A stretch of 64,000 nt of DNA from Nostoc sp. DedSLP01 (GTDB lineage: Bacteria > Cyanobacteriota > Cyanobacteriia > Cyanobacteriales > Nostocaceae), in assembly GCA_034530875.2 (NCBI GenBank), contig JAVRCJ020000007.1, forward strand, positions 128,001-192,000. The letters are read 5' to 3'. Below the pieces are notes generated by a model. The model ran no database searches. It was not told where the DNA came from and worked only from the letters and a program-made list of their open reading frames with translations. Position numbers and translations under genes: made by a program. This document shows positions 40,988 through 51,659 of this stretch, one piece after another (position 1 is the first letter of the stretch; each line of letters starts with the position of its first letter).

Positions 40988-41371
40988 ATGCCTGGTTTTG
41001 GAGATATTGTTCAAAAAGCTTTTTACCTTGGCGTGGGATTAGCTTCTTACGCTGGAGAAAAAGCAGGGGGGAAATTAGCCGAACTGCGATCGCAAGTCCA
41101 AAAACTGGCAGATGAAATGGTAGCCAAGGGCGAAATGACCACAGAAGAAGCTCGTCGCTTTGTCGAAGATATGATGAAGCAAGCCCAGCAGCCCCCAGCA
41201 TCTGGTGAAACCCCTGAAAAAACTCCTCCTTCAGAACCTCGCCGCATCGAAATTTTAGAGGAAGATGAAGAACTAACGGTGAAAGAGCCATCAGGCGAGA
41301 ACGTGGATAACTTACGCCAACAAGTGCTAGAACTGCAAGAAGAGTTAAAACGATTGCAACGCGATGAGTAA
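40988..41371 (+). CDS. Conserved phasin-like coiled-coil protein
   Basis: KAFYLGVGLA...DEMVAKGEMTTEEARRFV motif; AGGAG RBS; follows ffs. Confidence 0.75.
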   Translation: MPGFGDIVQKAFYLGVGLASYAGEKAGGKLAELRSQVQKLADEMVAKGEMTTEEARRFVEDMMKQAQQPPASGETPEKTPPSEPRRIEILEEDEELTVKEPSGENVDNLRQQVLELQEELKRLQRDE

Positions 41372-41527
41372 AAAGCGTTATTTTAGCTTTAAGCTTCAGT
41401 TAAAACTGGCATTTTGATATGGCGTTACATATAAAAATCTAATATGATACGTTGCCTAGTATAATTTAGTGCTTCAAATAGGACAGCACAGCATCTCCTG
41501 CTTATAGCCTGTAAAGGCATCAAGTTT

Positions 41528-41929
41528 ATGGAACAATGGCAAAAAGATTTAATAGAAATTGTAGAAACAGTGGCAGATGAAGTAGAGCATTTCTTCCTGG
41601 GAATGGGTGAAATGGTAGATGCTTTTTTTGAGCTAACGGAAGAAATTACCGAGCAAGTACACAGTAACATTGTCACTGAAGTCGATCGGTATTTACAAGA
41701 TTTAGCCGAACCGATGATAGAAGCTTACTGGGATTTGGAAGACGTTGTAACAGATATAGACCCGAGTTTTCCTTATTCAATGGAACCCACAGCTGAAAAA
41801 AATCCAGCTTGTATGGGTTGTATTCACTATCACGGTCAAGTTTATGGCGGTAACTTGTTAGTTTGTGCCATGCATCCCCACGGTTATGAAGATGAGAATT
41901 GTCCAGACTGGGAGAAGGAAAAGTTTTGA
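41528..41929 (+). CDS. Conserved acidic hypothetical protein with Cys/His-rich C-terminus
   Basis: C..C.HYHG...VCAMHP.G....CPDW motif. Confidence 0.75.
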   Translation: MEQWQKDLIEIVETVADEVEHFFLGMGEMVDAFFELTEEITEQVHSNIVTEVDRYLQDLAEPMIEAYWDLEDVVTDIDPSFPYSMEPTAEKNPACMGCIHYHGQVYGGNLLVCAMHPHGYEDENCPDWEKEKF

Positions 41930-42077
41930 GTGGGACTGGGAAGATGGCTTCTCCAAGGGAAAGGAGAAAAGGGCAAGGGGCAAAGGGAATAAACGTTACA
42001 TACATTCCTTTTCCCTTTAACCTTTCCCCCTTTCCCTACCCGAACGGTTTTGACCAATGACTAATGACAAATCACAA

Positions 42078-42497
42078 ATGACAACTAACAATTTACCTGA
42101 GAGTGTATCCCAGCCAAGCCAAGAAATGAAGTATGGCGAGCGTAATATTGCTGAAGGCAAATTAATTACCTTTCCTAATCCGCGTGTGGGTAGGCGATAT
42201 GACATTAGCATTAGTTTGCCGGAATTTACTTGTAAATGCCCGTTTTCGGGGTATCCTGATTTTGCGACTATTTATATTACATATCAGCCTGATGAACGAG
42301 TAGTGGAGTTGAAGGCACTCAAGCTTTACATTAATAGTTACCGCGATCGCTATATTTCTCACGAAGAATCTGCTAATCAAATTTTGGATGATTTTGTCGC
42401 AGCTTGCGACCCCTTAGAAGTCACTGTAAAAGCCGATTTCACCCCCCGCGGCAATGTTCATACCGTCGTTGAAGTACGTCACCAAAAGGCTGATTAA
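42078..42497 (+). CDS. queF: NADPH-dependent preQ0 reductase
   Basis: PEFTCKCPFSGYPDFA, VELKALKLY, SHE and PRGN motifs; upstream ATG 42057 lies within heptamer repeats. Confidence 0.93.
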   Translation: MTTNNLPESVSQPSQEMKYGERNIAEGKLITFPNPRVGRRYDISISLPEFTCKCPFSGYPDFATIYITYQPDERVVELKALKLYINSYRDRYISHEESANQILDDFVAACDPLEVTVKADFTPRGNVHTVVEVRHQKAD

Positions 42498-42680
42498 TTA
42501 TTGGGCATGGCATCGAGCATTGGGAGATGGGGAGCAGAGGAGGCAGAGGGGGCAGGGGGAGAAAGAATTAATGACTAATGACTAATGACTAAATAACTAA
42601 ATAACTAATGACATTAACAGCCAAGATGTGTAAAGTAGTTGAAGATCAGTTAGCCAATCTAATCTTTAACGCATCCATCT

Positions 42681-42929
42681 ATGGATAGAAAAAGTAAAAA
42701 AACCCGACGCCTTTTGCTGCTAGTTGTTTCCTGTAGTGTGACAGGTGTAATTTTAGGAGGTACTGCTAGTTGGGCAGAAAGCAATCTGTGTTTGCAAGAT
42801 AGCAAGGTTACAAGTGATTGTCTAACCCAAGACCCAATCGAAAAAACTATCCAAGGGATGAGTGCAGGATTGGTAGCTGGGGCTGGGGCTGCTTTTGGTG
42901 CAGCATGGCAGTTACGCCATGAAGACTAA
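42681..42929 (+). CDS. Small hypothetical membrane protein
   Basis: 82 aa, two hydrophobic segments, two Cys in the loop, Gly/Ala-rich C-terminal helix. Confidence 0.6.
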   Translation: MDRKSKKTRRLLLLVVSCSVTGVILGGTASWAESNLCLQDSKVTSDCLTQDPIEKTIQGMSAGLVAGAGAAFGAAWQLRHED

Positions 42930-42967
42930 GTTAATATACACCCAAGTTTAATCGAAACTTTATTAGT

Positions 42968-43058
42968 TATAGCAGGAGGCAGAAGGCAGGAGGAAAAGTC
43001 TTACTATTCCCAGCATTCAAGCTTTTTAAATCTCCTAACATATCTGGCTACAGCTATA
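42968..43058. repeat. Dispersed repeat bounded by TATAGC...GCTATA
   Basis: Homologous to 50254-50353 (GCAGGAG units, ACTATT.CCA, TCCTAA, TGGCTAC.GCTATA). Confidence 0.65.
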
Positions 43059-43170
43059 TTAGTTTTCTATTACAAAGTCTGAGCGCCGACAACCGACGCT
43101 CAGATTTTGTGCTTTGTCATTGGGGGACAAACCTTGCAAGTTAGACATCCAAGTTTATTGGCGTAAAAGC

Positions 43171-43881
43171 TTAAAAGCGATAGTTGCGATCGCGTACCCA
43201 CATACTAATCGGTAATGCATTTCCTTGGGGATCGACTTTCGCCTTGACTACGATGGGTGGTACTTGTCCCCTCCTAGCGCGTTGGGCTTGCAAGTCGTTT
43301 CTAATTTGCTGCCGTTGGTTTTCGGAAATGTAATATGTTTCTAAGCCGTAGTTGACGGAACCATCTTCATAGACGCCTCTTAAGGCTACTTGATTAGCTC
43401 TAAGGGAAATGGGGCGTTCGCTACTGACTCGTATTGGTCTCCAAGCTCTAGGAACGCCACGATTAGAAGATACTTGCTCTTGTAAAGTTACGTAGATTGT
43501 GGTTCCTTCAGGCAATCTTCTGCCACTTCCACGGCCTTTGCTGACTATGGTTTGCCAACCAGGTAGTCTGCTCAAATTAGCAGTCCGGGAAATGTTGTAA
43601 TCTAATGCTAGGCTATTTCCTTGTAGTACATCATTAGGATTTACAGGCACGGTTTGTAAAATCACCGTCTTGCCTGTCATGTCTGTGTAAAGCGCTTGGG
43701 CTGGCACTGCCATAATTAGCCCTGTTTGCACCGCCAATGGTGCTAGCAACCGCCATACAGGTAAGGGCTTATTTGCTTTTTGTTCGGTAGCAATCAAGTA
43801 ATCCCGAAAAGTCACTTTGTTGGAAAATTCAGCTTCGGGAGACAAGGATTTATTTTTAGATTCAGAGGAATTACTGGTCAT
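43171..43881 (-). CDS. GDYXXLXY-family protein
   Basis: G..V.L...PV.P...LQG...AL.Y motif and YGLE.YYI; paired with DUF2157. Confidence 0.8.
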   Translation of the reverse strand: MTSNSSESKNKSLSPEAEFSNKVTFRDYLIATEQKANKPLPVWRLLAPLAVQTGLIMAVPAQALYTDMTGKTVILQTVPVNPNDVLQGNSLALDYNISRTANLSRLPGWQTIVSKGRGSGRRLPEGTTIYVTLQEQVSSNRGVPRAWRPIRVSSERPISLRANQVALRGVYEDGSVNYGLETYYISENQRQQIRNDLQAQRARRGQVPPIVVKAKVDPQGNALPISMWVRDRNYRF

Positions 43882-44050
43882 GAGCGTAGTCCTAAAAAGC
43901 AGGGAGTAATGAAGAGGACAAAATTAACGAAATTAGGACTGACGCAGAGAAACTTTAACAATTTTAGGTTTTGGATTTTGGATTTTGGATTGAAGAAAAA
44001 ATCTCAAATCCATAATTTATCCTGAATTCTGAATTCTGAATTCTTTCACA

Positions 44051-45472
44051 CTACTTTTGACTTGTAGACTTAGATCCACCAGTTTGGCGGCGTTCAAACC
44101 AAAGTCCAGCACTAATTAAAGCTGAACCGCACAAAACAAAGACTAGAGACTTAAAAAGTAAGTCGGTATCATACTCTTGTACCCGACTGATAATTTGGAG
44201 TGTTAATAACAGCATACCTCCCCAAAAGGAACCTCTGTTGTTTAATTTCAACCCTTCTTGAATTAGTCCCCAGGCTAATATTGCTAGAAGTATATTGAAA
44301 ATAAAAATCCCAAGTTCATCAATCCGGCTGATAGTTTGATGCCAAAAAGGCACTAAGGCAATAAAGACAAGAAAAGTAGTAATGACAGCGGTCGTAAAAA
44401 TCACTTCGCGGCGCGGAGGATTATTTCTTTGACGCAGTAGAAACAACCATTGCAACACCGCCAAGCCGCTGAGAATTCCCAAATCGATTATCGGCAAAGA
44501 CTCGAACAAGTTTGTCAAATTCGTTGGCTGATTATAGCTATAATCAGGAGATTCCCAGACCCAACGAAAAGACAGGACATAGAAGACAAGGCCAAAGCTT
44601 ACCAAACCTAAATTACGAGCCAGGGATTGAAACAACCTGTAATTTATGGTTGGAAACAGCAAGTCATCATAACTCCAGAATAATGCAGGTGGGAGTGCAA
44701 AAGCAAAAGATGCCACCCAAGGGGCTATATCAGCATAATTTAGGAGTGGGAGAGGATTGAGGTTGGCTTGTAAGGAACTAGCAAACACAAAGGCTGCTAG
44801 AACAAAAATCCAACGCGATCGACAGAAGTAAGCTAAAGGCACAAACACCAGCCATGCCAATAGGGGCATGTGCTGCACTACTAGCCGCGACCAAACTACT
44901 TCACTTGAAGGGTACCACAAATCTTCTAGTCCCGTCCAATAGCCGATTTCCACAAGGACAATTGATAAAATTCCTAAGGAATTTAAGAACAGACTATAGG
45001 CCATGACTGCAACACCAAAGCCCCAAGCGAGAAATAATTGCGAAATGGAACCGCTAATATTGAACATCTGCGCCATGAGCAATAGATTTGCACCTAAAAT
45101 AAAAGCACTCAAAATTAGCAAACCCTCTCCCAGTAGACGTTTGCTTTTTTGAATTTTTTTTCCTTCAGGTTGTTTCCAACTGTAAAAACCAGTAATAGCC
45201 GTTGCAAAAAACAAACTCATGAGTAGAATGAATTTAACTTCTCGCGAGCCTGATTGCCAATTTGCTGCTACAAAGGTAATTATGCCTAAGCATAAAAGGA
45301 CGCTGCCGATCGCAACCACCATTGCAATAAAGCGATCGCGTGCAGCAGCTTCCAGGTTTTTAAATTGGTAACGTTCTGCTATTTGTTCGTACTGCGAAGA
45401 ACTTATTATTCCTTCATCCCTCCATATTTGTGCTTCTTTGCGTAATTTTTGCCCAAAATTATCTAAGAACAT
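44051..45472 (-). CDS. DUF2157 family membrane protein
   Basis: W..EGII...Q, GIITFVAANW and GANL.L.AQ.FNI motifs; many TMs. Confidence 0.83.
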   Translation of the reverse strand: MFLDNFGQKLRKEAQIWRDEGIISSSQYEQIAERYQFKNLEAAARDRFIAMVVAIGSVLLCLGIITFVAANWQSGSREVKFILLMSLFFATAITGFYSWKQPEGKKIQKSKRLLGEGLLILSAFILGANLLLMAQMFNISGSISQLFLAWGFGVAVMAYSLFLNSLGILSIVLVEIGYWTGLEDLWYPSSEVVWSRLVVQHMPLLAWLVFVPLAYFCRSRWIFVLAAFVFASSLQANLNPLPLLNYADIAPWVASFAFALPPALFWSYDDLLFPTINYRLFQSLARNLGLVSFGLVFYVLSFRWVWESPDYSYNQPTNLTNLFESLPIIDLGILSGLAVLQWLFLLRQRNNPPRREVIFTTAVITTFLVFIALVPFWHQTISRIDELGIFIFNILLAILAWGLIQEGLKLNNRGSFWGGMLLLTLQIISRVQEYDTDLLFKSLVFVLCGSALISAGLWFERRQTGGSKSTSQK

Positions 45473-45659
45473 GACCTTCTCCGGTGCAGTGGGGTAGCTT
45501 GGCCATTGCATTCCCAATGGCGGTCATTATATTTTGAGTATGAAGCCAAAAGCCTTAATTACACTGTTCTTATGTAACAGTTTTACTTGTATTCTGATAC
45601 AACGAAATTAGTAAAAATTCAGAATTCATAATTTTAACCATAATTTTTGATATATCTAT

Positions 45660-46625
45660 ATGGAAAAACCTTCTAATTTATTACTTAAACTATCGCGGCG
45701 TTTGTTCGCTAATCTCGAAGAACAAGAAAATTTTATTCAGGCATTAATAAATCCTCAGCCGTTTTCATCTAGCATTCTTTGGTGCCATGAAAAACCTGAA
45801 AATTTGCCTTTTACAGTAGAAACACCAACTTATTGGCAACCGCAATTTATAGACCGTTTACGTTTGGGAGAAAAACCTGGTCAACATTCCCTCCACGAAC
45901 AAGGATATTTTTATTGTTTGGATTTTTCTTCGGTATTTGCAGCTTCTACTTTGTTAACAATTCTTCAGGCAGTAAATTTAGTTTTTGATATGTGCGCTGC
46001 ACCGGGAGGAAAAAGTATTTTTGCTTGGAAAGCTTTGCAACCGCAGCTACTCATTAGTAATGAAGTAATTGGCAAACGTCTAGGAATGCTAATTTCTAAT
46101 TTGAAGCGTTGCCATGTTAGCCCTAGTGCTGTAGTTAATAGAGATTCGAGTATATTTGCTCAAATGATTTCATGTTCGAGCGATTTGGTAATCGTAGATG
46201 CTCCTTGTACCGGGCAATCTCTACTTGCTAAAGGGGAAAAAGCACTCGGTTGTTTTCATCCAACTGCTATTAATAAAAGTGCAAATCGTCAAAAACGTAT
46301 TATAGCTAATTCTGCCAAAATTGTTTCACCACAAGGATATCTTGCTTACATGACTTGCACCTATTCACCAGAAGAAAACGAGCAAGTTTGTGAATGGTTT
46401 TTAGAACGTTTTCCTCATTTTCAAGCCATAGAAGTGAGCCATTTAACAAAATATCAATCGCATTTAACTACGATGCCTTGTTATCGGATGTTTCCTCAAG
46501 ATAGGTTAGGATCTGGTGCGTTTACAATACTATTTAAAAATACTGATGAAGGTGAGAGGCAGGAAATTAATTTAGATACAATGTCTTCACTATATATAGC
46601 AATGGACAGGACTATTAGGACGTAA
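45660..46625 (+). CDS. RsmB/RsmF (NOL1/NOP2) family RNA m5C methyltransferase
   Basis: DMCAAPGGKS, VDAPCTG and TCT.SPEENE motifs. Confidence 0.88.
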   Translation: MEKPSNLLLKLSRRLFANLEEQENFIQALINPQPFSSSILWCHEKPENLPFTVETPTYWQPQFIDRLRLGEKPGQHSLHEQGYFYCLDFSSVFAASTLLTILQAVNLVFDMCAAPGGKSIFAWKALQPQLLISNEVIGKRLGMLISNLKRCHVSPSAVVNRDSSIFAQMISCSSDLVIVDAPCTGQSLLAKGEKALGCFHPTAINKSANRQKRIIANSAKIVSPQGYLAYMTCTYSPEENEQVCEWFLERFPHFQAIEVSHLTKYQSHLTTMPCYRMFPQDRLGSGAFTILFKNTDEGERQEINLDTMSSLYIAMDRTIRT

Positions 46626-46641
46626 TTTCCAATCTGGGTAA

Positions 46642-49173
46642 TTATGTCAAAATTGCCCCACCCATCAACCTTTCATACCGATACTTCAATTCTTCTTTCA
46701 TCAAATACCAACGCTCTAAAGTCACATCCATCTCTATAATTTTCTCCGCAGCTTGGCGCGCTAAAAGTAAAACTTCTTCATCTTCCACTAAACTCGCTAA
46801 AGTAAAATCTGGCACCCCAGATTGACGAGTTCCCAGTACTTGCCCCGGGCCGCGAAAACGCATATCCATTTCAGAAATGAAGAAACCATCCTGAGACTGT
46901 TCTAGCACCCTCAGCCGTTGTTGAGCGTCAGGATTCCTAGAACTGCTCATCAACAAACAGTAAGACTGAGCCGCACCGCGACCAACGCGCCCCCGTAGTT
47001 GGTGCAGTTGCGATAAACCAAATCGCTCTGCATTTTCAATGAGCATGACTGTAGCGTTAGGTACGTCTACCCCCACTTCTACTACTGTTGTTGAGACTAA
47101 AATGTGTGTTTCGCGATCGCGGAATTTAGTAATAGCTTCGTCCTTTTCCACCGAACTCATGCGACCGTGCAGCAGCCCCACCTGAAAATCTGGAAAAACG
47201 CTCTCTTGTAACTTTTGATGCTCGTCAACAGCCGATCGCAAATCTAATTTTTCTGATTCTTCCACCAACGGCAGCACCACATAAACTTGTCTTCCTTGGA
47301 CAATTTCTCGCCGCATCAGGTCGTAGGCATGGTTGCGTTGCTGACCTGATAATACTGTTGTCTGAATCTTTTGCCGCCCTGGTGGTAACTCATCAATTTG
47401 GCTGACATCTAAATCTCCGTGTATCGTTAGTGCTAGCGTTCGCGGAATCGGAGTCGCTGTCATAGTTAACACATGGGGTTGCTCGCCTTTTTGCTGTAAA
47501 CGCGCTCGTTGTTCTACCCCAAAACGATGCTGTTCGTCAATCACTACTAAGCCTAAGTGCTGAAAATTTACCGGGTCTTGAATTAAAGCATGAGTTCCCA
47601 CTAATAGCGGCAGTTCCCCTGTTTCTAACTGAGAATGTATTTGTCTGCGTTTTGCAACTTTAGTGGAACCAGTCAGTAATTCTACTGGTAAATGCAGCAG
47701 GTTAAACCAACTAACTAACTTGCGATAATGCTGTTCTGCCAAAACTTCTGTGGGAGCCATCAGCGCGGCTTGGTAACCGGATTGAATTGCTGCAAGGATA
47801 GCCAGCACCGCAACAACTGTTTTACCAGAACCAACATCGCCTTGCACCAAACGATTCATGGGTGCAGGTTTTTGTAAGTCGTTGAGGATATCGTTAATAA
47901 CTCGTTGCTGCGCGCCAGTGAGTTTAAAAGGCAGTATTTCGTAGAACTTCTCTATAAGTTGACCGCGTGGCGCGAGGACGGCAGCTTTTTGAATTGCTTT
48001 TGCTTGTTGTTGGCGTTGCAGCAAACCAAGTTGCAGGTAGAAAAATTCGTCAAAGACTAGGCGACGCCGAGCAACTTGCAGAATTTCGCCATCTTTGGGA
48101 AAGTGGATATTGGCGATCGCATCTTTCAATTCCATCAAAGCATACTTCTGCCGCAAACCACTTGGTAGAGGGTCTTTCAGGAGAGCCGCAGCAGGCAAAG
48201 CAGCAATTACCGCTTGTCGCACCGCATTCGCCACCACTCCCTCAGTCAATGCATAAATTGGCACCACGCGTCCAATATTCAGCGACTCAATGGCATCTCC
48301 TGGATTTGCCAAAACCTCTAATTCTGGATTATCCAGCGTCAGACCGTATTTACTTTCTTTAACCAACCCACATGCTGCAATAATACTACCTACGGGATAG
48401 CGGCGTTTTAAACTTTCTTGCCAACCGCGACTACTGTAGCGCGTACCTGCGTAAAAACGCCCAATTTTAATTTGACCGCTGTTATCTTTTACTAACAGTT
48501 CTAAAATTGATAATTTCTGATTTTTCGGGCTAGTAAAACAGTTACAGCGCTTCACCGTCGCCACTATTGTCACCGTCTCACCCGCTTGTAACTCGCGGAT
48601 ATTCACCTGACGCGCGTAGTCAATGTGGTCGCGGGGATAATAAAACAGCAAATCGCGGACGGTATATAAACCAAGACGCGCTAAATTATCAGCTCTTTTA
48701 AAGCCGATTTCCGGCAAATCGCTGAGTTTTTGGTCAATCCTCGGAGCCAGCCTCCGACTCACCTCAGCAACAATTGGAGTGGTTGGATTTTGAGTTTTGG
48801 ATTGATAACTTCTCCCCTGCTCTCCTGCTCCCCTGCTCCCTCCGAAGTTCCGGTCGGAGGAAGCCTCCGCTCGGACTTCTCTCTGCTCCCCTCCCTCTTC
48901 CCCCTGCTGTAGCTGGTAAAGATACCTACGAGTCTCTGCTACTAAATGTTGTCTTTCTTCCAATGCTAGATGTGGATAACTAGCAAATTGCACCGCTAGC
49001 CCTTGCCAACGCCGACGCTCGCTTTGGGGTATACCTCCGGGAAATTTCCCCAAAGTCAAGCTGAGGAATTCGCTAAAGCGATATTGTCTGCCCATCAAAT
49101 CTGAGAAACCATGTTCGGCTTCTACTGCTAAGGCTTTTTGCAATCTGATCCAATCTGGTTTCTCATTACTCAT
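46642..49173 (-). CDS. recG: ATP-dependent DNA helicase RecG
   Basis: QGDVGSGKT, DEQHRFG, TATPIPRT and QLHQLRGRVGRG motifs. Confidence 0.96.
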   Translation of the reverse strand: MSNEKPDWIRLQKALAVEAEHGFSDLMGRQYRFSEFLSLTLGKFPGGIPQSERRRWQGLAVQFASYPHLALEERQHLVAETRRYLYQLQQGEEGGEQREVRAEASSDRNFGGSRGAGEQGRSYQSKTQNPTTPIVAEVSRRLAPRIDQKLSDLPEIGFKRADNLARLGLYTVRDLLFYYPRDHIDYARQVNIRELQAGETVTIVATVKRCNCFTSPKNQKLSILELLVKDNSGQIKIGRFYAGTRYSSRGWQESLKRRYPVGSIIAACGLVKESKYGLTLDNPELEVLANPGDAIESLNIGRVVPIYALTEGVVANAVRQAVIAALPAAALLKDPLPSGLRQKYALMELKDAIANIHFPKDGEILQVARRRLVFDEFFYLQLGLLQRQQQAKAIQKAAVLAPRGQLIEKFYEILPFKLTGAQQRVINDILNDLQKPAPMNRLVQGDVGSGKTVVAVLAILAAIQSGYQAALMAPTEVLAEQHYRKLVSWFNLLHLPVELLTGSTKVAKRRQIHSQLETGELPLLVGTHALIQDPVNFQHLGLVVIDEQHRFGVEQRARLQQKGEQPHVLTMTATPIPRTLALTIHGDLDVSQIDELPPGRQKIQTTVLSGQQRNHAYDLMRREIVQGRQVYVVLPLVEESEKLDLRSAVDEHQKLQESVFPDFQVGLLHGRMSSVEKDEAITKFRDRETHILVSTTVVEVGVDVPNATVMLIENAERFGLSQLHQLRGRVGRGAAQSYCLLMSSSRNPDAQQRLRVLEQSQDGFFISEMDMRFRGPGQVLGTRQSGVPDFTLASLVEDEEVLLLARQAAEKIIEMDVTLERWYLMKEELKYRYERLMGGAILT

Positions 49174-49294
49174 TGCTTATTGGGCATGGGGCATAGAGGG
49201 GAGGTGGGGAGATGGGGAGGCAGGGGGAGCAGAGGGGCAGAGGGAGAAATGACTAATGACTAATGACTAATGACTAATGACCAATGACTAATGA

Positions 49295-50161
49295 CTAATT
49301 TTCAAACCAACTAGCACGCCAGGCAGCTTCAGCTTCTGCAACTGACTTTTCTCGAAGTTTCTTTTGATAGTCTCGTTCTAGCTTGTTGAGCTGAACTAAG
49401 ATACCGCGGATCTGTCTGCGTTCGGATGAAAGTGTAGGGTCAGCAAATTCAATTTCTCCCAGTCGCAAATTAATAGCCATAATCTGCGTCAGGTTAGAAT
49501 CTTCTGACTGCTGCTCGTTTTCAATTTCAATTATTAAGCTTAATAAGTTGGGCGGCCCTGGCATGACTTCGGCAGATGCTTCTGATGCAGCTGCGGCTGC
49601 GGCAGCTAAAATCGGTTCTGGTAATTTTTGAGGTAATACCCCGGCTTTTTGTAATAAAACATTAGCATCATGGGAAATTTTTTTCAGTATTTCTTGGGTA
49701 ACCTCTTCTAAGTTCTGTTGCCATTTTGCCAGTTCTATAGGGCTAGAAATATCAGGAGTAAAAGGTTCAAAGTTAGAGATGCCAGCAAATACAGCAGATG
49801 GTGAAGATGCTACTTCCTCCTCTGACTCATCTTGCTCATCTTGCTCATCTGGCTTATCTGGCTTATCTGCCTCATTTTTGTCATTTTTAATATAAGTAAT
49901 CAATTGCTCGGCTGTCAGTTGACCTAACTTGCGAATCCCTTGTTGCAATTGCTGGCGCTGATTTAATGACAAACCCAGGAAGTTTTCTGGATACCCTTGA
50001 GTACATAAATGGTAAGTAGCTAGAATCAGCTGTTTTTGTATAGCTAGCCCCAAGGTGGCTAGATAACTAGCATAAGCGGTTTGTAGTTCTAGAGCGATCG
50101 CTCCAATCGCTTCTTTTAGTGCTGCAATATCTCGCTCAATTCGCTCAATTGCTCTTGCCAT
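49295..50161 (-). CDS. Conserved cyanobacterial hypothetical coiled-coil protein
   Basis: 288 aa ORF between tsf and recG; YHLCTQGYP and AEAEAAWRASW motifs. Confidence 0.75.
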   Translation of the reverse strand: MARAIERIERDIAALKEAIGAIALELQTAYASYLATLGLAIQKQLILATYHLCTQGYPENFLGLSLNQRQQLQQGIRKLGQLTAEQLITYIKNDKNEADKPDKPDEQDEQDESEEEVASSPSAVFAGISNFEPFTPDISSPIELAKWQQNLEEVTQEILKKISHDANVLLQKAGVLPQKLPEPILAAAAAAASEASAEVMPGPPNLLSLIIEIENEQQSEDSNLTQIMAINLRLGEIEFADPTLSSERRQIRGILVQLNKLERDYQKKLREKSVAEAEAAWRASWFEN

Positions 50162-50253
50162 AACTTCTCGTTCTTACCCATATCAACTATTTCATAGTAC
50201 AAATGCACTTATTTATTTTAGGATAACTTTCCCAGGCATTTTAAATTCTGAAT

Positions 50254-50353
50254 TATAGCAGCAGGCAGGAGGCAGGGGGCAGGAGGTCAAACTATTACCA
50301 TTCCTAACATTCACCCTTGTCATTATGTCCTAATCTATGTGGCTACGGCTATA
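50254..50353. repeat. Dispersed repeat bounded by TATAGC...GCTATA
   Basis: Homologous to 42968-43058. Confidence 0.65.
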
Positions 50354-50382
50354 TATGCGAAATTTCGCTGTATTAATAAAAT

Positions 50383-50409
50383 ACAGGTCAGGCTATTGGC
50401 TTGACCTGT
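50383..50409 (-). terminator. Hairpin terminator after tsf
   Basis: ACAGGTCA/TGACCTGT stem followed by ATTTTATT on the minus strand. Confidence 0.55.
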
Positions 50410-50489
50410 CTGGTAAAGGGTCATTGGTCACTTATCCTTTACAAATCACAAAAGACTAATGACAAATGACCAATGACCAATGATTAATA

Positions 50490-51434
50490 TTACTTACCGC
50501 CCATTTGTGCGGCAACTTCTTCAGCAAAGTTACTTTCTTGCTTTTCAATGCCTTCGCCCAGTACATAGCGGACAAAGCGATTTACTTGGACTTCTTCGCC
50601 TACTTGCCCTTTGACTTGCTTCAACAATTCTTCTACAGAAATACTTTGATCGCGAATATAAGGTTGATCTAGCAAAGTCAATTCTTTAAGGCGTTTGTCA
50701 ATTCGTCCCTGAACAATCTTTTCTTTGATGTTATCTGGCTTGTTTGCCAAATCATCTTTGCCCATTTCAATATCTTTTTCTTTTTGGGCGACTTCGGCAG
50801 GAATTTGGTCTAGGCTGACATACTCGACATTGGGGCAAGCTGCAACTTGCATGGCTGCGTTCCGTGCCAAGCTTTGGAACTCTTCTTTAGTAGCAGCTGA
50901 ATCTGTTTGGGAACCCAATTCTACCAATACACCAACTCGACCGCCAGTGTGAATGTAGCTGTCCACCAGACCCTGCGTGCCTTCTGCTAGTGCAAAAGTG
51001 ATAAAACGACGCAGTTGGATGTTTTCGCCAAGCGTCGCAATAGTTTGCTTGATGAATTCATCTACAGTCACGCTGGGATTTTCAATATAGGGTTGAGCTA
51101 ACAAAGATTCAACACTATCAGCGCTCACTGCTTGCTTTGCCAGGTTCTTGACCAAAGCTTTAAAAGCTTCGTTACGAGCCACAAAATCAGTTTGGCAGTT
51201 GACTTCTATGAGTACACCGACCTGACCGCCTGGTTCAATGTAGGTGTCTACTAGACCTTCTGCCGCAATGCGATCGCTTTTTTTACCCGCCGAAGTGATG
51301 CCTTTTTTCCGTAGCCAGTCTGCGGCTTCTTCTATGTTGCCATCAGTTTCTTTCAGCGCTTTTTTGCAGTCCATCATGCCAGCACCAGTTTTTTGGCGTA
51401 GCTCTTGGACGAGTTTTGCAGATATTTCCGCCAT
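50490..51434 (-). CDS. tsf: Elongation factor Ts
   Basis: [16 protein letters not shown] and [10 protein letters not shown] motifs; downstream of rpsB. Confidence 0.97.
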   Translation of the reverse strand: MAEISAKLVQELRQKTGAGMMDCKKALKETDGNIEEAADWLRKKGITSAGKKSDRIAAEGLVDTYIEPGGQVGVLIEVNCQTDFVARNEAFKALVKNLAKQAVSADSVESLLAQPYIENPSVTVDEFIKQTIATLGENIQLRRFITFALAEGTQGLVDSYIHTGGRVGVLVELGSQTDSAATKEEFQSLARNAAMQVAACPNVEYVSLDQIPAEVAQKEKDIEMGKDDLANKPDNIKEKIVQGRIDKRLKELTLLDQPYIRDQSISVEELLKQVKGQVGEEVQVNRFVRYVLGEGIEKQESNFAEEVAAQMGGK

Positions 51435-51659
51435 GTTCCCTCAATTCCTAAACTTGACCTCGAATTATAATCGCTCACCTAATTTAGTGCTGAGTCACCG
51501 AAGTTCAAACCAACTTGAGCCGCTGTGACTTTTGGTTTTTTGAGTGTTGAGTTATCAATTTAAAATTGACAACTCACAACTTCAAAAATCAAAACTTAGC
51601 ACTATCCAATTTGCTGGGTATTTCTATCTTACTCAGCAGCTTTACCCAAGCATGAAGCA

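Noticed and set aside
40846..41291. ORFs overlapping ffs and the phasin-like gene
   Set aside because: Alternative-frame or antisense shadows of the SRP RNA and a better-supported CDS
45574..45586. GTAACAGTTTTAC as an NtcA box
   Set aside because: Spacer is 7 nt, not the GTA-N8-TAC consensus
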